Source of the DNA: Ministeria vibrans ATCC 50519
Taxonomy: Eukaryota; Protista; Filasterea
Direction: 5' to 3'
Length of the DNA: 50,356 bases
Assembly: GCA_943704425.1 (NCBI GenBank)
Contig: CALSCP010000985.1
Location: 1-50,356, forward strand
Both the position numbers and the translations under genes were made by a program. Below are positions 10,680 to 23,690 of the stretch, piece after piece (position 1 is the stretch's first letter; every line of letters starts with the position of its first letter). The notes under the pieces are model-generated. The model ran no database searches, was not told the origin of the DNA, and was given only the letters and a program-made list of their open reading frames with translations.

Positions 10680-13600
10680 TCAGTCTGACTGGTCCGTCTC
10701 ATTTGGCGAATCAACATCGACCACGACAAGCGACCAGCGGGCTTGGTCGCGGGTGAGTTCGTCGAGGGACGGATCGCCGACAACAGCTGTGGGGGCATGG
10801 GCGAGCAGAGAGGGTGTCAGGTAGCGCTGCGCAGCCAGCGTGAGTGTCTCGGGGGTTGCTGTGAGCAGATGTGTGCGGTGCGCCTGTCGCGCTGCGTGTG
10901 TGAGTCCGCGGCTAAAGAGCGACATGCCTCGCTCGTGGGGCGCCAGTGGAGCGTCGACGTGCTTGAAAATTGCCATTTTGGCCTGTACACAGTGGTCGTG
11001 CGTGATGTTGCCTGGTGTGCTCGCCCACTCGGCGGCCGCCTGGAATCGCTCCAGCGTGCGCAACATGTGTGGGTCGCGATAAGAGTAGAACGAGAAGGTG
11101 CCCGAGACGTCACTGCTCGAGGCACCGCCGCCATAGGCTCCGCCAATCTCACGTACTTCGCGATGGAGATAGTTGAGGGACATAGCATTAGCAAGAAGTT
11201 TGAGTGCAGCCGAATCGGGCGACGTGTAGGGTGCCGACGGTACCGCCACCGAACAGTAGTTGACGCCGGGCGAAGGCAAGCCAATAAAGAGACGTTGTTG
11301 TTCTTGTGGCTGCTGCGCTTGGCGGTCGGCGAGGGGCGGTAGTGCACAGTCGAGGAGGTGTGCGGAGGATGCGGTGGTGGTGGTGGTGGTGGTGGTGGTG
11401 GCAGTTGTCGAAGTGGTGGGCAGGGCATCCAAAAGTTTGCTATTGAGAAGCTCGTGTGCGCGGTGAATCTGATCGTGAACGGCGTGAATTGCCACGTTGG
11501 TGCGTCCAGTGGTGTCACGAACAAAGAGCGACTGAGCGAGTTGACGTAGCGCTTTGCTGGTGGCGGCGGCGTTGTACTCGCTCGCGTCGTTGTTGAAGTC
11601 GCGCAGGAGACGCTGCAGGAAGAGCAATTGAGTGGTGCCCGTCAGCTGTTCGTTGAGTCGAGCGGTGGGCGAAAGTGACACGCCGGCGGCGCTCACGGCG
11701 TAGCCATGGCCCGAATGGCTCATGGCATTGCACGTGTGCTGCACCTTGCTGGCGAGCAGTGTTTTGAGGCGGTCATGGTCGTCGAGACGTGCTGTCAGTA
11801 GAACTTCGTGGACGAGCGAGAGGATGCACTCGACGTTAGTATCGAGCGACATGAACGACATAGTGATGCTCTGATGGGTATGAGTGAGATTGGTGGGGTC
11901 CGATGCGACGGAGACGCCGAGCGAGAGGCCGTGGGAGCACGATTGGAATTCGCGCGCGAGCTGACCCGCATCGAGTCGCTGGGTGCCCATGTTGGCAAGG
12001 ACCGAGCAGAAGAGTGGCAAGTAACGACGGAGATGCGGCGACAAATGGTCGGTGTTAAGCTTGAGCGACACATACGTAATCTCATTGGTCGGCTGTGCAA
12101 TGAGCGACACACTGCCGTTGAGTCCACACGACTCCACATCAACCGTCTTGATCTCACTCGCAATGTCGGTGTGCACATCAAGACAGGGCAATACCTCCAC
12201 GTTGGGCTCCTCCTGCTGCAACTGTGCCAACACACGACCTTCATTTGCAATGTGTGCTCGTTCAGCATCCGTCAGGGCCTCCACACGCTCCTGCAACAAC
12301 CGCCGTTCATGTTCGCTCTCCAGCTCACCATACTCACGCGTCCCATGCATTGCAAACGTCAAGCGATGGCGGTTCTCGAGAAACAACGCACGCACTTTCT
12401 GTCGCGCCCACTCATTCCCCAACACAGCAATTTCGCTGCGCATTCGTTGAATGTGTGTGTCTGCGCGCAACGCCACAAACATATCTTCACAATGGTTCAC
12501 AAAGCGAGGCATCAACGACGACATGAGATCTGCTCCAAACGAGCTCGACTGGTGGCGCAACCGAAGATCAATCTAAGCGGGAAAAAATACGTACACAAGG
12601 CAAAAAAAAAAAAAAAAGTCCGTCTCAGTGACAACACAGAATTGAAGAGTAAATCTGATGTACCAGGTCGAGAAGAGCGTTAGCACGAGCGGGGTCAATG
12701 CCTTCAGAGGCAACACGATGAAGGGTATCGAGCACAATGGATTCGATGCGAGGGACGTCGTCACGCAAGACACCCTGGAGACCGACGGTGAAGGACGGGT
12801 TGATGGAGTCAGACTCGTAGCCGACGCCTGGCGAGTAGGCCGTCCCGATGCGAGGTTCGATAAGTGCCTTGTACAGAGGCGACTCGGGACTCTGGTAGAG
12901 AAGTGTGCAGAAAATGCTGTTGCTGAGAAGGGAATAATGGTCGTCGGTGGGAGGGAAGGCATAGGAGACGCAAGCGATCGTCTGGCGGTCCGGTGGGAGG
13001 GCACTGCTATACGGTCCCTGCACGGACGCTTGCTGCGGCCACTGCCAGGCGGGTGCGGGAAGTGTACGTGCGGGAGTGATGCGAGGGGGAACACCGCGAG
13101 CGAGGAGATCGTCGATGGCTGACGAGATGCGCTTGAGAATGGGCGGGAGAGGAAGACGCCCGTACGAGTAGGAGAGTGCATTGCTCGGGTGGTAGTGCTC
13201 TTGGTGGAACGCCACCAGCTCGTCGTGCGTCAAATCGAGGATGTCATGAGGCAGACCACCCGACTCGTGGGCCAACTGCGACGGAGGGACAGACGCGACG
13301 GGGCGTGGGAGAGCGAGCAGGAGGCGGTTGAGCCGTGTGCCCAGCAGCGACGCAGGCGTGTCCAGCGCACCCTTCATCTCGTTGAAGACGACGCCCTTGA
13401 AGACCAGCGGCGACGCAGCATCGGCGACATCAGCGTGCTCCAGGCGCCAGCCCTCCTGCGCGAAGTCCGTCGCGGCCAGCAGCGGCGCATACGCGGCGTC
13501 CAAGTACACCTGCATCAGATTGTCCAGATCGCGCGCGTTGGGCGTCGAAAACGGATACACCGTGTAGTCGCCCGCCGTGTACGCGTTCATGTCCGACGAC

Positions 13601-13992
13601 AGCGACCGTCCTGCAACCACTGACGATTAGCTTTCCGATACCAAATGACTTCATTTTCGTTTTTTTGCGTTTGTCATCATTTTCACGCATGAATGATCAC
13701 TCTCATTCCAAACTCATTCATGTGTGTTACCCAGCATGCGAAAGAAGGGGTCGCGGACGCGGAATTGGCGCGATCCACACAGTACTGTATGTTCAAGGAT
13801 GTGTGGCACGCCATTGGATGATGCTGGCGGTGTGCGGAAGCCAAGGGCGAAGGCGGAAGCGTCGTCGTTGCGATCAACATGAATATGTTTTGCTCCCGTC
13901 TGATCATGCTCCAAGAGGGTCGCTGTCATTTGGAACGCTGGGAAGCGTTCCACAGTGATCACACGAAAGCCAGACAAAGCCGCTCGGATCAT
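10680..13992 (-). CDS. PITRM1: Presequence protease (M16C, PreP/Cym1)
   Basis: NGVPHILEHTVLCGS (HxxEH), RDPFFRML, MNAYT, FAQEGWRLE, FKGVVFNEMKG, YHPSNA, LHREVREIGGAYGGG and FYSYRDP; 3 exons. Confidence 0.93.
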
Positions 13993-14082
13993 TGTTTGTA
14001 CTTCAAAAAAAATGGTTTTCACTTTTCATTCACGTTTGATAATTGATTTTTTAGTTTTGCACTCACTTTTTTTTTTCCAATC

Positions 14083-14218
14083 ATGCTCAAGATCACTCTC
14101 TTCGTCGCATGCGTCGTCGCTGCCGCTTCGGCCGACCTCATCCGCGTCCCTCTCCAGCGCATGCCTAGTGCTCGCGATCAGTACCGCGCTGCCGGCGTCA
14201 CTTCCAAGGAAGTGCTCG

Positions 14219-14256
<38 letters not shown>

Positions 14257-15564
14257 CACATGACTGCCAAAAACGACCCTTATTGGACCTTCTATGGCGA
14301 TGGGTGGGAGTGACTGGTCAATACGCATGTATTGGGGCGCCAGGAAGCGGAACAAGCACGTCGCTAGTGTCTTTCACGTGTCGTTCTTTCGATGTCGCGT
14401 TGATGTCGCTTATTCTTGTTTCCTCCTCCTTCTCTCTCCAGGGCCAAGTACGGCTCGTCGGAGCCCATCACGGACTACATGGACGCCCAGTACTACGGCC
14501 CCATCACGATCGGCACGCCTCCCCAGACCTTCCAGGTAAAGTCGATGAGTTGTCGTAACATCATAACAATAATCATAAGACTCATTGAAATTAATACTCA
14601 ATAATAATAATAATAATAATAATTATTATTATTATTATTATTATTTATGTTGTAGGTCGTCTTTGACACTGGCTCCTCCAACCTGTGGGTTCCCTCGGAA
14701 CACTGCGCCAAGAGCAACGTTGCGTGCAAGCTCCACGCCAAGTACGACAGCTCCAAGTCGAGCACGTACGTGGCGAACGGCACAACCTTTGACATTCAGT
14801 ACGGCTCGGGTGCGCTCTCGGGCATTGTCTCGCAGGACACCGTCGCGTTCGCCGGCGTCACCATCCCCAACCAGCTCTTCGCCGAGGCCATCAAGGAGCC
14901 CGGTGCCGCGTTCATCGCCGCCAAGTTTAGCGGTATCCTCGGTATGGGCTGGCCTCAGATCAGCGTGAACCACATTACGCCGCCTTTCTTCGCCGCCGTC
15001 GAACAGGGCCTCGTCGACAAGCCCGAATTCTCCTTCTACCTCGCCTCGGACCCCAACGCCGAGCTCGGCGGTGAGCTTACCCTCGGCGGCAGCGACCCCG
15101 CTCACTACACGGGTGCGCTCACCAACATCCCCGTCACGCGCGAGGGCTACTGGCAGATCAACATGGACTCTATGTCCCTTGCCGGCACCAACTACTTCAG
15201 CAACTACCCCACCATCCTCGACACCGGCACCAGCCTGCTCGCGGGCCCCGTCGACCAGGTTGCCAAGATCCAGGCGGCCATTGGTGCCAAGAAGGTCCTT
15301 GGCGGCGAGTACTCCATCGACTGCAGCCTCATCCCCACCCTGCCCGTCCTCAACGTTACCATCAACGGTGTTGACTTCCCCCTTACCGGTGCCGAGTACA
15401 TCCTTCAGGTCACCCAGCAGGGCGAGACCCAGTGCATCTCGGGCTTCATGGGCATTGCTCTCCCCGAGCCCCTCTTCATCCTCGGTGACGTCTTCCTCCG
15501 CAAGTACTACACCGTCTTCAGCGTTAACCCCCCGCGCGTCTCTCTTGCCCTTGCCAAGGCCTAA
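14083..15564 (+). CDS. CTSD: Lysosomal aspartic protease, cathepsin D-like (A1 family)
   Basis: Signal and propeptide [24 protein letters not shown]; [20 protein letters not shown]|[14 protein letters not shown]; second catalytic motif ILDTGTSLL; [15 protein letters not shown]; strong C-ending codon bias. Confidence 0.92.
14599..14646. repeat. (AAT)n(ATT)n AT-rich inverted trinucleotide repeat in a cathepsin intron
   Basis: ataataataataataataataattattattattattattattatt seen directly. Confidence 0.9.
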
Positions 15565-15658
15565 ATCAAAAACTCAGTGAAAAACTTGAATTTATTTGAT
15601 TTTTCATTTTATTATTCATTCATCAATCGAGTAAATCGACATTATCACATTATTTTTC

Positions 15659-17360
15659 ATGATCCGCGCCTCAACCACCACCACCGCGGCGTCGTCGTCT
15701 TTGAGAGGACACAATGTCTTTTACAAAAATGCTCTAACACACCCTAGGGCTGTGACACGACGCCAGTTGGCTCCTACAGCCAAAGCGGACGTGTGCACTA
15801 CGGCGTTGCTACGTCTCGTCGAACGACCCCAAAAAATGAGTCATCGTGAGCCAAAATACCCCGGAATCACCTCTGCCGAAGCGCTTCTATCCGTTACGTC
15901 GCACCTATGCTCCATGGGCCACCCCGTTCGTCTTTGCACCGGTAAAATTGTGAAATATAGTATTGTTGTGTTTTCACTCATTTTCGATTCATGTCGCGCA
16001 GGAGGCGTTGCTGGCTTGGCAACCGCCATCGTCGTATTCCTTAATGTGCCTCAATGTCCATTGCCTTACAACGTGACGGCCAGGTACATATTCGCTGAGA
16101 GTGCGTATTTTCAAGTCTCACTCAATGTCATTATTCTTTATTGTATTATTCTTTGCGTTTCGTATAATTATTATTATTCTGGCTGTGTCTTTGTGTGGTG
16201 ACTGTATCATTAATAAATGGGTTGTATTCTTTTTCTAATTATTATTATTCCTTCTTCGAACCTTCTTCTTCTCATTTATTTTAGCGATGCACTGGAAGCT
16301 TTCGACGACGATTCGCTCGAACCGTACGACGTGCGCAACTACACTCGTGTTCTTGCTGACGCAGTACGCAATGCATTGCCATCCAAAAACACCTCTGTGT
16401 GCGTTGACGAGCACCAGTGTCTTCGTGTGTGCACCATCAACTGTGTGGAACTCTACCTTGTTCCAGCACTTCCCACCGAAGACCCTTCAAGGTACAATAT
16501 GCATCAAGTAACAGTTTAATTTTCGAATTCGATACATAAACTTCTCCGCATGACGTACTCATTAATACGACTAATTATTATTATTATATCATTTGTAGAT
16601 GTCTCGTGCCCTTCTCGAACCACCCAACACTGTGGCGTGCGGATCCAGTCTCACCGGACGAAAACCTATTCCCACTGCTGGAACAATTTTTCCCGGACAT
16701 TCAACAACTCACACAGGTCGTCAGCACACTTGCAGTGCGTCGCCACTGGACCATCCCTCTCTCGGTTATTGCCAACTCAGCAGTGGACGCAACCCTTGCG
16801 CCCTTTCTCTCCTTCCAAGAGCGCTCGCATGTCGACCGTCGTGTCGCACGCTGTCCCGTGCGCTACAGCCGTCCGTGTCATTGGAATGAGCTTGAGCACC
16901 TCTGGCACGACCACTCGGCCCTCCACACTCGCTTTCGCTTTCTCGTGAACTCACTTGCAGAGCAGCTTTCAGGCGCACACATAAGACACGTCACAGTGCC
17001 CGCCCGAATGCAGTCCACGTCACAAAAGGCCGCAGGTGTGCTCCCGCGACATACAGACCATCAAGACACTCTTGCAGATATCCGTCACATACAAGTAAGC
17101 TCATGACCCCTCACTTTCTTACAGTCTTCCTATGTAACAATGTTTTCCCTATGCTATATTAATTGTAGTCACTCATGGACTACTATGACCACTGTGAGAT
17201 CACCGACCACGTCACATTCAACCGGAGTGTCGATGCACTTTACACAGTGCTCACAGCACATCATTCCATCGCGTCCCCTCAGCGGGTCAGTGCCACTGTG
17301 TGTCGCTCTCATCACTCTCATATTGTTCCTCACTCTTGTCTGAGCAGTAGTCACGACTAA
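15659..17360 (+). CDS. Uncharacterised five-exon protein, possibly a degenerate nucleotidyltransferase fold
   Basis: Exons ..15941, 16002-16083, 16285-16491, 16599-17094 and 17169-17360 keep frame across four GT-AG introns. Start may be 15659 or 15837. The product call is weak. Confidence 0.6.
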
Positions 17361-17393
17361 GAAAGTAAAAATAATACACGTTCTATTTCACAA

Positions 17394-17657
17394 CGAGAGA
17401 GAGGAGAGAGAGAGAGAGAGGAGGGAGAAAGAAACAAAGTGACAGAGAGAGAAGAGGGAGAAAGAAACAAAGCGATAGAGAGAGGAGGGAGAAAGAAACA
17501 AAGTGATAGAGAGAGGAGGGAGAAAGAAACAAAGTGATAGAGAGAGAGAGAGAGAGAAAACAAAGTGATAGAGAGAGGAGGGAGAAAGAAACAAAGTGAT
17601 AGAGAGAGAGAGAGAGAAAACACAGTGATAGAGAGAAAAAACAAAGTGATAGAGAGC
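17394..17657. repeat. Minisatellite (unit ~GAGGAGGGAGAAAGAAACAAAGTGATAGAGA), reverse complement of the 6598-6893 family
   Basis: About 8 imperfect copies between convergent stop codons. Confidence 0.9.
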
Positions 17658-17660
17658 CAG

Positions 17661-18826
17661 TCAAGAGAAGCAACAGCTTGCTTCGTTCGGCTCGGGCTCA
17701 GCAAACACCGACAGCTCACTGCCCGTGGTCTCCAACACAGTTAGCTTCGTGTCGGACGCACGCACTGCCTCAAGACACGCAACCACAGCAGCTCGTTCAA
17801 TCAGCCCCTGAACATGATCTAAGGAAACAAAACAAAACGCCATCAAAGTTCAGTGTGTTCGCAAACACTCACAAATCAGTCAAACGCTGTTCACCTCCTG
17901 TGAGTCCTGATACTTCCCACAACTCTGCTCCCAACGCTTGAGCAGCCTCTGTCGCCGCTCTGTGCAGTGACTGTACATCATTCGTCAGTCGTCTATTCTC
18001 ATGTGTTTTGCTTCAAACAATTCCTTTCGTACTTGATATGACGGCCCAGACTCGACCAAGTCAATTTTGGTCGCCACCAAGAAGATGGCGAGTTGGTTTC
18101 CGGGCGGGTTAATGTCGCGCACCTGTGCAATCCAACGGTGCGTGTGTTGAAGTGAGGTGCGGTTGGTGGCGTCAAACACTGCGAGTACAACGTGCGTTTG
18201 ACGCATGTACGAGACGGTGATGCTTTTGAAACGCTCTTGTCCGGCCGTGTCGTAGAATGCAACTTTGTAGGGGTATTGGTTTTGGAATAGTGATACGCGA
18301 ACCATTTGGAAATCAAATCCCTATAAAGAGAAACAAACAGTGCGTTACATAATAACACAATCACATAGCAGCACGCAACACAAGTCATCACAAGTACTAT
18401 ATGACAAAACGTACGATGGTCGACGACTGCTCTCCACTCTCCCCAGCAAGATAATGGGTTAACAGCGACGTCTTGCCAACACCCGAGTCGCCCACAAGAA
18501 TGACTTTGGGTCGCTGGTTCAGCAAGTGGCCCGTGTGGCCCTGAAAGGCGCAAAAGGAAAAGAAACGTTGAGGCGAACTTGTTGAACACCGACACAGACG
18601 AAAAAAACATACTCGTAGAGTCGTTTTCAGGCATTTCTCGGCGGAAGCGCCAAGATGAGGTCGAGTTGTCCATAGTGGGGGTGCTTTAGGCGTGAACTGA
18701 CGCGGGGGAATCTGCCACCAAACGCTGTTTGAGACAATGTGAGACAAGAGATGTGTGTTGTACGTCGTCAAAGACGATTGAGCGGGATGTCGCACTGGGG
18801 GCGTCTTGAGTCTCCTCCGAACTCAT
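17661..18826 (-). CDS. RAB34: Rab GTPase, Rab34/Rab36-like
   Basis: N-terminal extension, then KVILVGDSGVGKTSLL, YDTAGQERFKSITVSY, SLQHTHRWIAQVRDINP, IFLVATKIDL (T/S-K-x-D as in Rab34/36), AELWEVSGLTG and a C-terminal CCFS prenylation motif. Confidence 0.75.
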
Positions 18827-18923
18827 GTAAACAAATCAGAATGTGACGGGCAAAAGTCAGTCTGTGCGGAAAAAGTTAAAAAAAAAAAACTACATTTTCA
18901 AGTCACTTTCAGTTTTATTTGAC

Positions 18924-21900
18924 ATGTCGGCTCGTCGAGCGTCAGTTTCACATTCCTCCCGACGAAGATCATCGTCGAGTTACTCGGCAGTGGAACGATC
19001 GGTGACAGCTGCACTACCGATCGAGGTCGGTAACACCAAGGTACTGCGCCGTTGCCTTGGTGATGAGTCGAAGATCACTCTCTCCTTTGTCTTCTCCTCT
19101 CCTCTCTGTCTCTCTTTCTTGCCTGTAGCTCGTCCATGTGCGACCTCCTATTGTGCCCGAGTTGCTGAGGGAGAACTACAGACCGGCCAAGGTGTTCTCG
19201 TCAAAGCCAGATGCAAAGCGCACTCTGCTCCACATTGCCGCCGCTGAAGACGACCCAACCGCCCTCGTGGCGGCCATTCGCGCCGCTCCCAAGAGTACGG
19301 TTTGGCCCAGCCAGTCTATTGCGCATGATATCGATGCGGCTCTGATCTTTACTCAATTCCTTAGGTGATATTAACGGCAGAGACGCGACTGGCTCGCCCC
19401 CTTTGCTGTACGCTGTCATTCAGTGCCTTCCCGACAATGTGCGTCTCCTGCTCAAAGCTGGCGCCGACCCCAACCTGAGACGCACCCAAGACAACGTAGG
19501 TGCACTTCATCTTGCCGCCATGCACGGCTGTGCACTTATTTGCGCTCAGCTGGTGAACGTGCGAGGCACTGACATTGTCGCGCGCGACGCCTTTGGACGC
19601 ACTCCCTTGCATCATGCGATGGCCAATCGAAGCAAGGACACCGTTGAGACGCTCTTGTCGGCAATTGAGGCCAAGGAGAGGAACATAAAAAAGCCCATGA
19701 GCGCTGCACACTCGGGGGTGAATGCCAGTGACAACGAAGGAATGTCACCGTTGGTACTAATTATTTATTGATGATGATATTTTAAACCAGTGATCTGATA
19801 TGATAATTAACCAGTGATCTGCAGGACGAGTGATATAAACTTACAATATTGCTCTTTCCCTTGATATGTGTATATTTTTAATTAGCACTTTGCTGCACTG
19901 TATGGTCGACAAGACTGTCTGGGGAAACTCATAGAGGCGGGAGCAAAGGGTTCGCAGACAGACGGACTGGGAAGAACACCACTGCACTGCGTGTCAGCGC
20001 ACAGTGAATACATGGTGCGTGCTTTGCTGACCCACAAGACGTGTGCACAAACATGCACTTGGTGCGATCACAACGGAACGACACCTTTGCACAATGCAAT
20101 TGCCGACGGAGATGTGCAGTCGGCACAGGTGTTGTTGGAGTACGCGGGAAGTGCTGTTGCCTCGACAACGGACGCACACGGTCGTACGCCGCTCCATTGG
20201 GCCGTTATAGTGGGAAACGCCCGTCTTGCAGCCTTGCTTATGCGTCACGCTGCCAACCCACTTACTGCCGACAAGATGGGACAGTGTGCAGCCCACTATG
20301 CAGCACAACACGACAACGTCGAGTGTCTCGAGGCACTTCTCACATCCACTGCTGCACACGATGCACGTCCCGACGAACCAGATGCGCACGGACGCACCGC
20401 GGCCCAGTGGGCTGCCGGAAAGAGATGCACCAATGCATTGCGCACACTACTGCAGCACGGTGCCAATGCCAATGCGGCCGATCAGCACAGCATGACAGCG
20501 CTGCACTTTGCGGCGTACGCCGGTCATGTCGAGTGCATGCGCTTGCTTCTTGCAAACGGCGCTCGTGTCGAGAGCATCGACGCCATCAAGTTTACTCCGC
20601 TCTTTCGTGCCTGTCAGAGCGGCTCATCAGACGCCGTTCACCTGTTGCTCTCGCATGGTGCCTCCGTCAGCGCTACCAGCATTGACCATCGCACGGCCTT
20701 GCACATTGCCGCTATATCGGGCAACCTCCCTTGTGTCACTGCCCTCGTCAATGCCCGTACCACCGTGACTCATCGCGACGCACGCGGCCACACCCCACTT
20801 GCTTGTGCTGCCTTCTCCGGCAACGCCGACGTTGTCCGCTACCTGTTGTGCCAACGCAACGTCGACGTCAACGAACAAAACAGCGACGGACTTACCCCCT
20901 TGCACTGGGCGGCCACGCGAGGCCACCGTGACGTCGTCCGTGAGCTTCTCCTGCAGCCCCACATTCACCCCAATCTTACCGAGAACGACGGCGACAAACT
21001 CACTCCACTTGACTATGCACTGCGCAGTCAACATGTTGAATGTGCAAAGGTACGTAAAAAAAAACATTGAGACATAAAGACGTAATTTTACGTAGTAGAA
21101 GTAAAAGCTTATTTTTTTGTTTTGTTTTTGTTTTTCTATCGTCCTTATTGTAGTTGATACGTGAGCTTGGCGGTGCAAGTGTGCTGAAACTGCGCGTGTT
21201 TGCCTGCATTCGCATTCAGATATGGTGGAGACGAGTATGGCGTGCTCGACAGCTACAGCGCGCACGAGCGACACGCAAGGGCAGTGGGAGGGCGTCATTG
21301 CGCCAACCGTCGTTTACGCCACTCGTCGAGGAAGACGAGCCACGAGAATTGGGTCCGCTGCGTGCGCCTCGGCGCTATTCGGACGACGAGAGGCCGTTCC
21401 GTCATGTCTCGGACGTGAGCATTTCGGAAGTTCACGAGCCGATGAGTAGCGCTGTCAGCGACATGGCAAGTGCGCCGTCACCGGGAGGACTTGCGCGCCG
21501 ACGCACCACACGCACTCTCTCTAGCTTGAGCCTGATCAAATCTGAAGCCGAAGCGGATCCCGTGGAGGTGTATGAACGCAAATTGCGCACGCGAGCACGC
21601 GCCGCGAACGAAGGAATCCGACGTGCTTCGTCACTACTTGGCGGTAATGACCTGCTCAGTGCACAGAAGCGACGCATGTCCGAACCGGGTTTCTTCATCA
21701 AAAAGGCCCCTTTTGGGCGCTACAGGCGTCGTTCAAGTACGCAGCTTCCGCCCATTCCTGCGTCCCCCTCACAGCACCACCACCAGCGTCAGAAGAGACT
21801 CACACGACGCCACACAATGGGCGAGACCAGTGCCAATCGTGAGCGACGTGATCGCGAGGAGGAGACACTCAGCGAAATGATGGAGAACCTGTCGGCAGTG

Positions 21901-22293
21901 GATGTGGACGACAGTGCCAGCGAGCATGCAAAACAGTCGGCGGCACGTGCCATTCAACGTTGCTTCCGAAAATTCCTGCGACGCAAACTGACACGCGGCG
22001 TCTTTGAGAGCGACTCTGGTGCCGACTCGGGGCTCTTCAAGTGGTCTCCGGCACTGGTAAACCGTGTCCAAGAGGACAGTGTGCGCCGTGTTTACCACAC
22101 CTCCCAACCACAACTTCCCGCGCTCTACACACCAAACCCGCCTGCCGTGTCGCGGCCTGCGTACCTCCGCGCTGCTCCTTCCGCCGCCATTCGCTCCTAC
22201 AGCGTCGCCACTGCCCTCTATGCCTCGGGTATGGCGCAAGTGTACGAGCCCATTTTGCACGACAACTTTCGCGATGACCAGAGCGACTTTTGA
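18924..22293 (+). CDS. INVS: Inversin (NPHP2)-like ankyrin-repeat protein with two IQ motifs
   Basis: Long ankyrin array (GRTPLHWA, TALHFAAYAGH, LTPLHWAATRGH) ending LTPLDYAL...GGASVLKLRVFACIRIQIWWR (IQ1), a low-complexity linker, then SAARAIQRCFRKF (IQ2). This matches the inversin layout. Confidence 0.8.
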
Positions 22294-22372
22294 AGGAGAG
22301 ATATCATCTTATAAACATTTCTGTATCATCATAGCGTTGTAACAAAAAAAAACTGTAAGGCACTTATTCATT

Positions 22373-23652
22373 TCACACAGCGTCGACTGCGAGTTGGAGA
22401 GCGACAGACTGGAGGAGACGGAAAGCGTCTTCGAGGTAGGCAGTGGCATTGGCGGCCTCCAGGAACACGGCAGTGCTGGTGCGCTTCGTGGCGACAGCAA
22501 GCATGTCGGCCGAGCCTGCGCCGTGCTGCTTCTTCTCCTGGTCCACAACGCTCGTGTAACGCCCGGCAGCATCGTTGCACTCGCGGGCAATGGCACTTGC
22601 GATGGCCGAGATGCCGTGTGCCGCCGCAAGAGCACTTTGTGGTGGTCGCAACAGCAGTCCTTCGGCAACCTATAAAACACGTGTCAGCGAGAAATGCATT
22701 CGCGTACCAATCTTAGATCATGTGAACCTTTCTTAAAAGACAGATGCCGCGCGCCGACACCTCTGCAAAGTACTCGATGGCAGCGCGATGGATAGCGTCG
22801 ATGCGCTGGTGAGTCTCTGTGTGCGAGTCGGGAATGACAGCGGCGCGAGTGCGCAGTTGAGCAAGACGCTGAGTGCCCTGATCGACTACCGAGGCAAGTC
22901 GCTCGCTTTGAGTGTGTGCGGCTCGCTCAAGCCCCAAGTCGGCAAGAGAACGACTCACTGTGGTGGGCAGTGGAACGTGCTGCGCGTTGTCGTCGTCGCC
23001 GTCGACGTCAAGACCCGACGCAAAGAACTCGGCGAGAGTGGCACACGCCTCTTCGGCGTGCCACTTGGCATCGTCTCGCAGCAGACGCATCTGCTTGCGC
23101 ATTGCCGTCGAGCTGTCCTGCGTGAGTGCCTCAAGTGCTTCCATGTGAATGAGTCCCTGAAAGCGATCAAACTCGGCTGGAAAGCTCGCTGCAGCACCAC
23201 TACTCCTGTGCTTGTCAACACCGTCCCCTTGAACGGCGCTCTGGCGGGCCTCACGGAGCACAGCGGACACGGTAGACGCAGAGGCGGTGGAGCCTGACGA
23301 GGCAGCAACTGCTGCACGAATGCGTTTTCCAACGGCCGCAATGGCAGAGAGAGAGAGGTCCTCGACGGCGTCCATGGTGCGGTGAACACGATTCACTGTT
23401 ACAACCGACCCAAAGGCACTGCCAAGCTTGTCCAGGGGATCCAATTCTGGTTCGGTCTCAGCGACCGTCGATGCGGTCGATTCGACATGATCATGAGGCC
23501 GCTGGTCGTCGTGGCTGCTGCATGTGTGTGTATGACTGTATTTCTCGGGTGCTGGAATGCCAATGGTTTCCTCGAGAGTGCTCACTAGCGACGTTGCCTG
23601 GTTCCACAGCGACCCCCAGCCCCAACCAGACGACTGCTGTTGTTGTTGTTGT

Positions 23653-23690
<38 letters not shown>

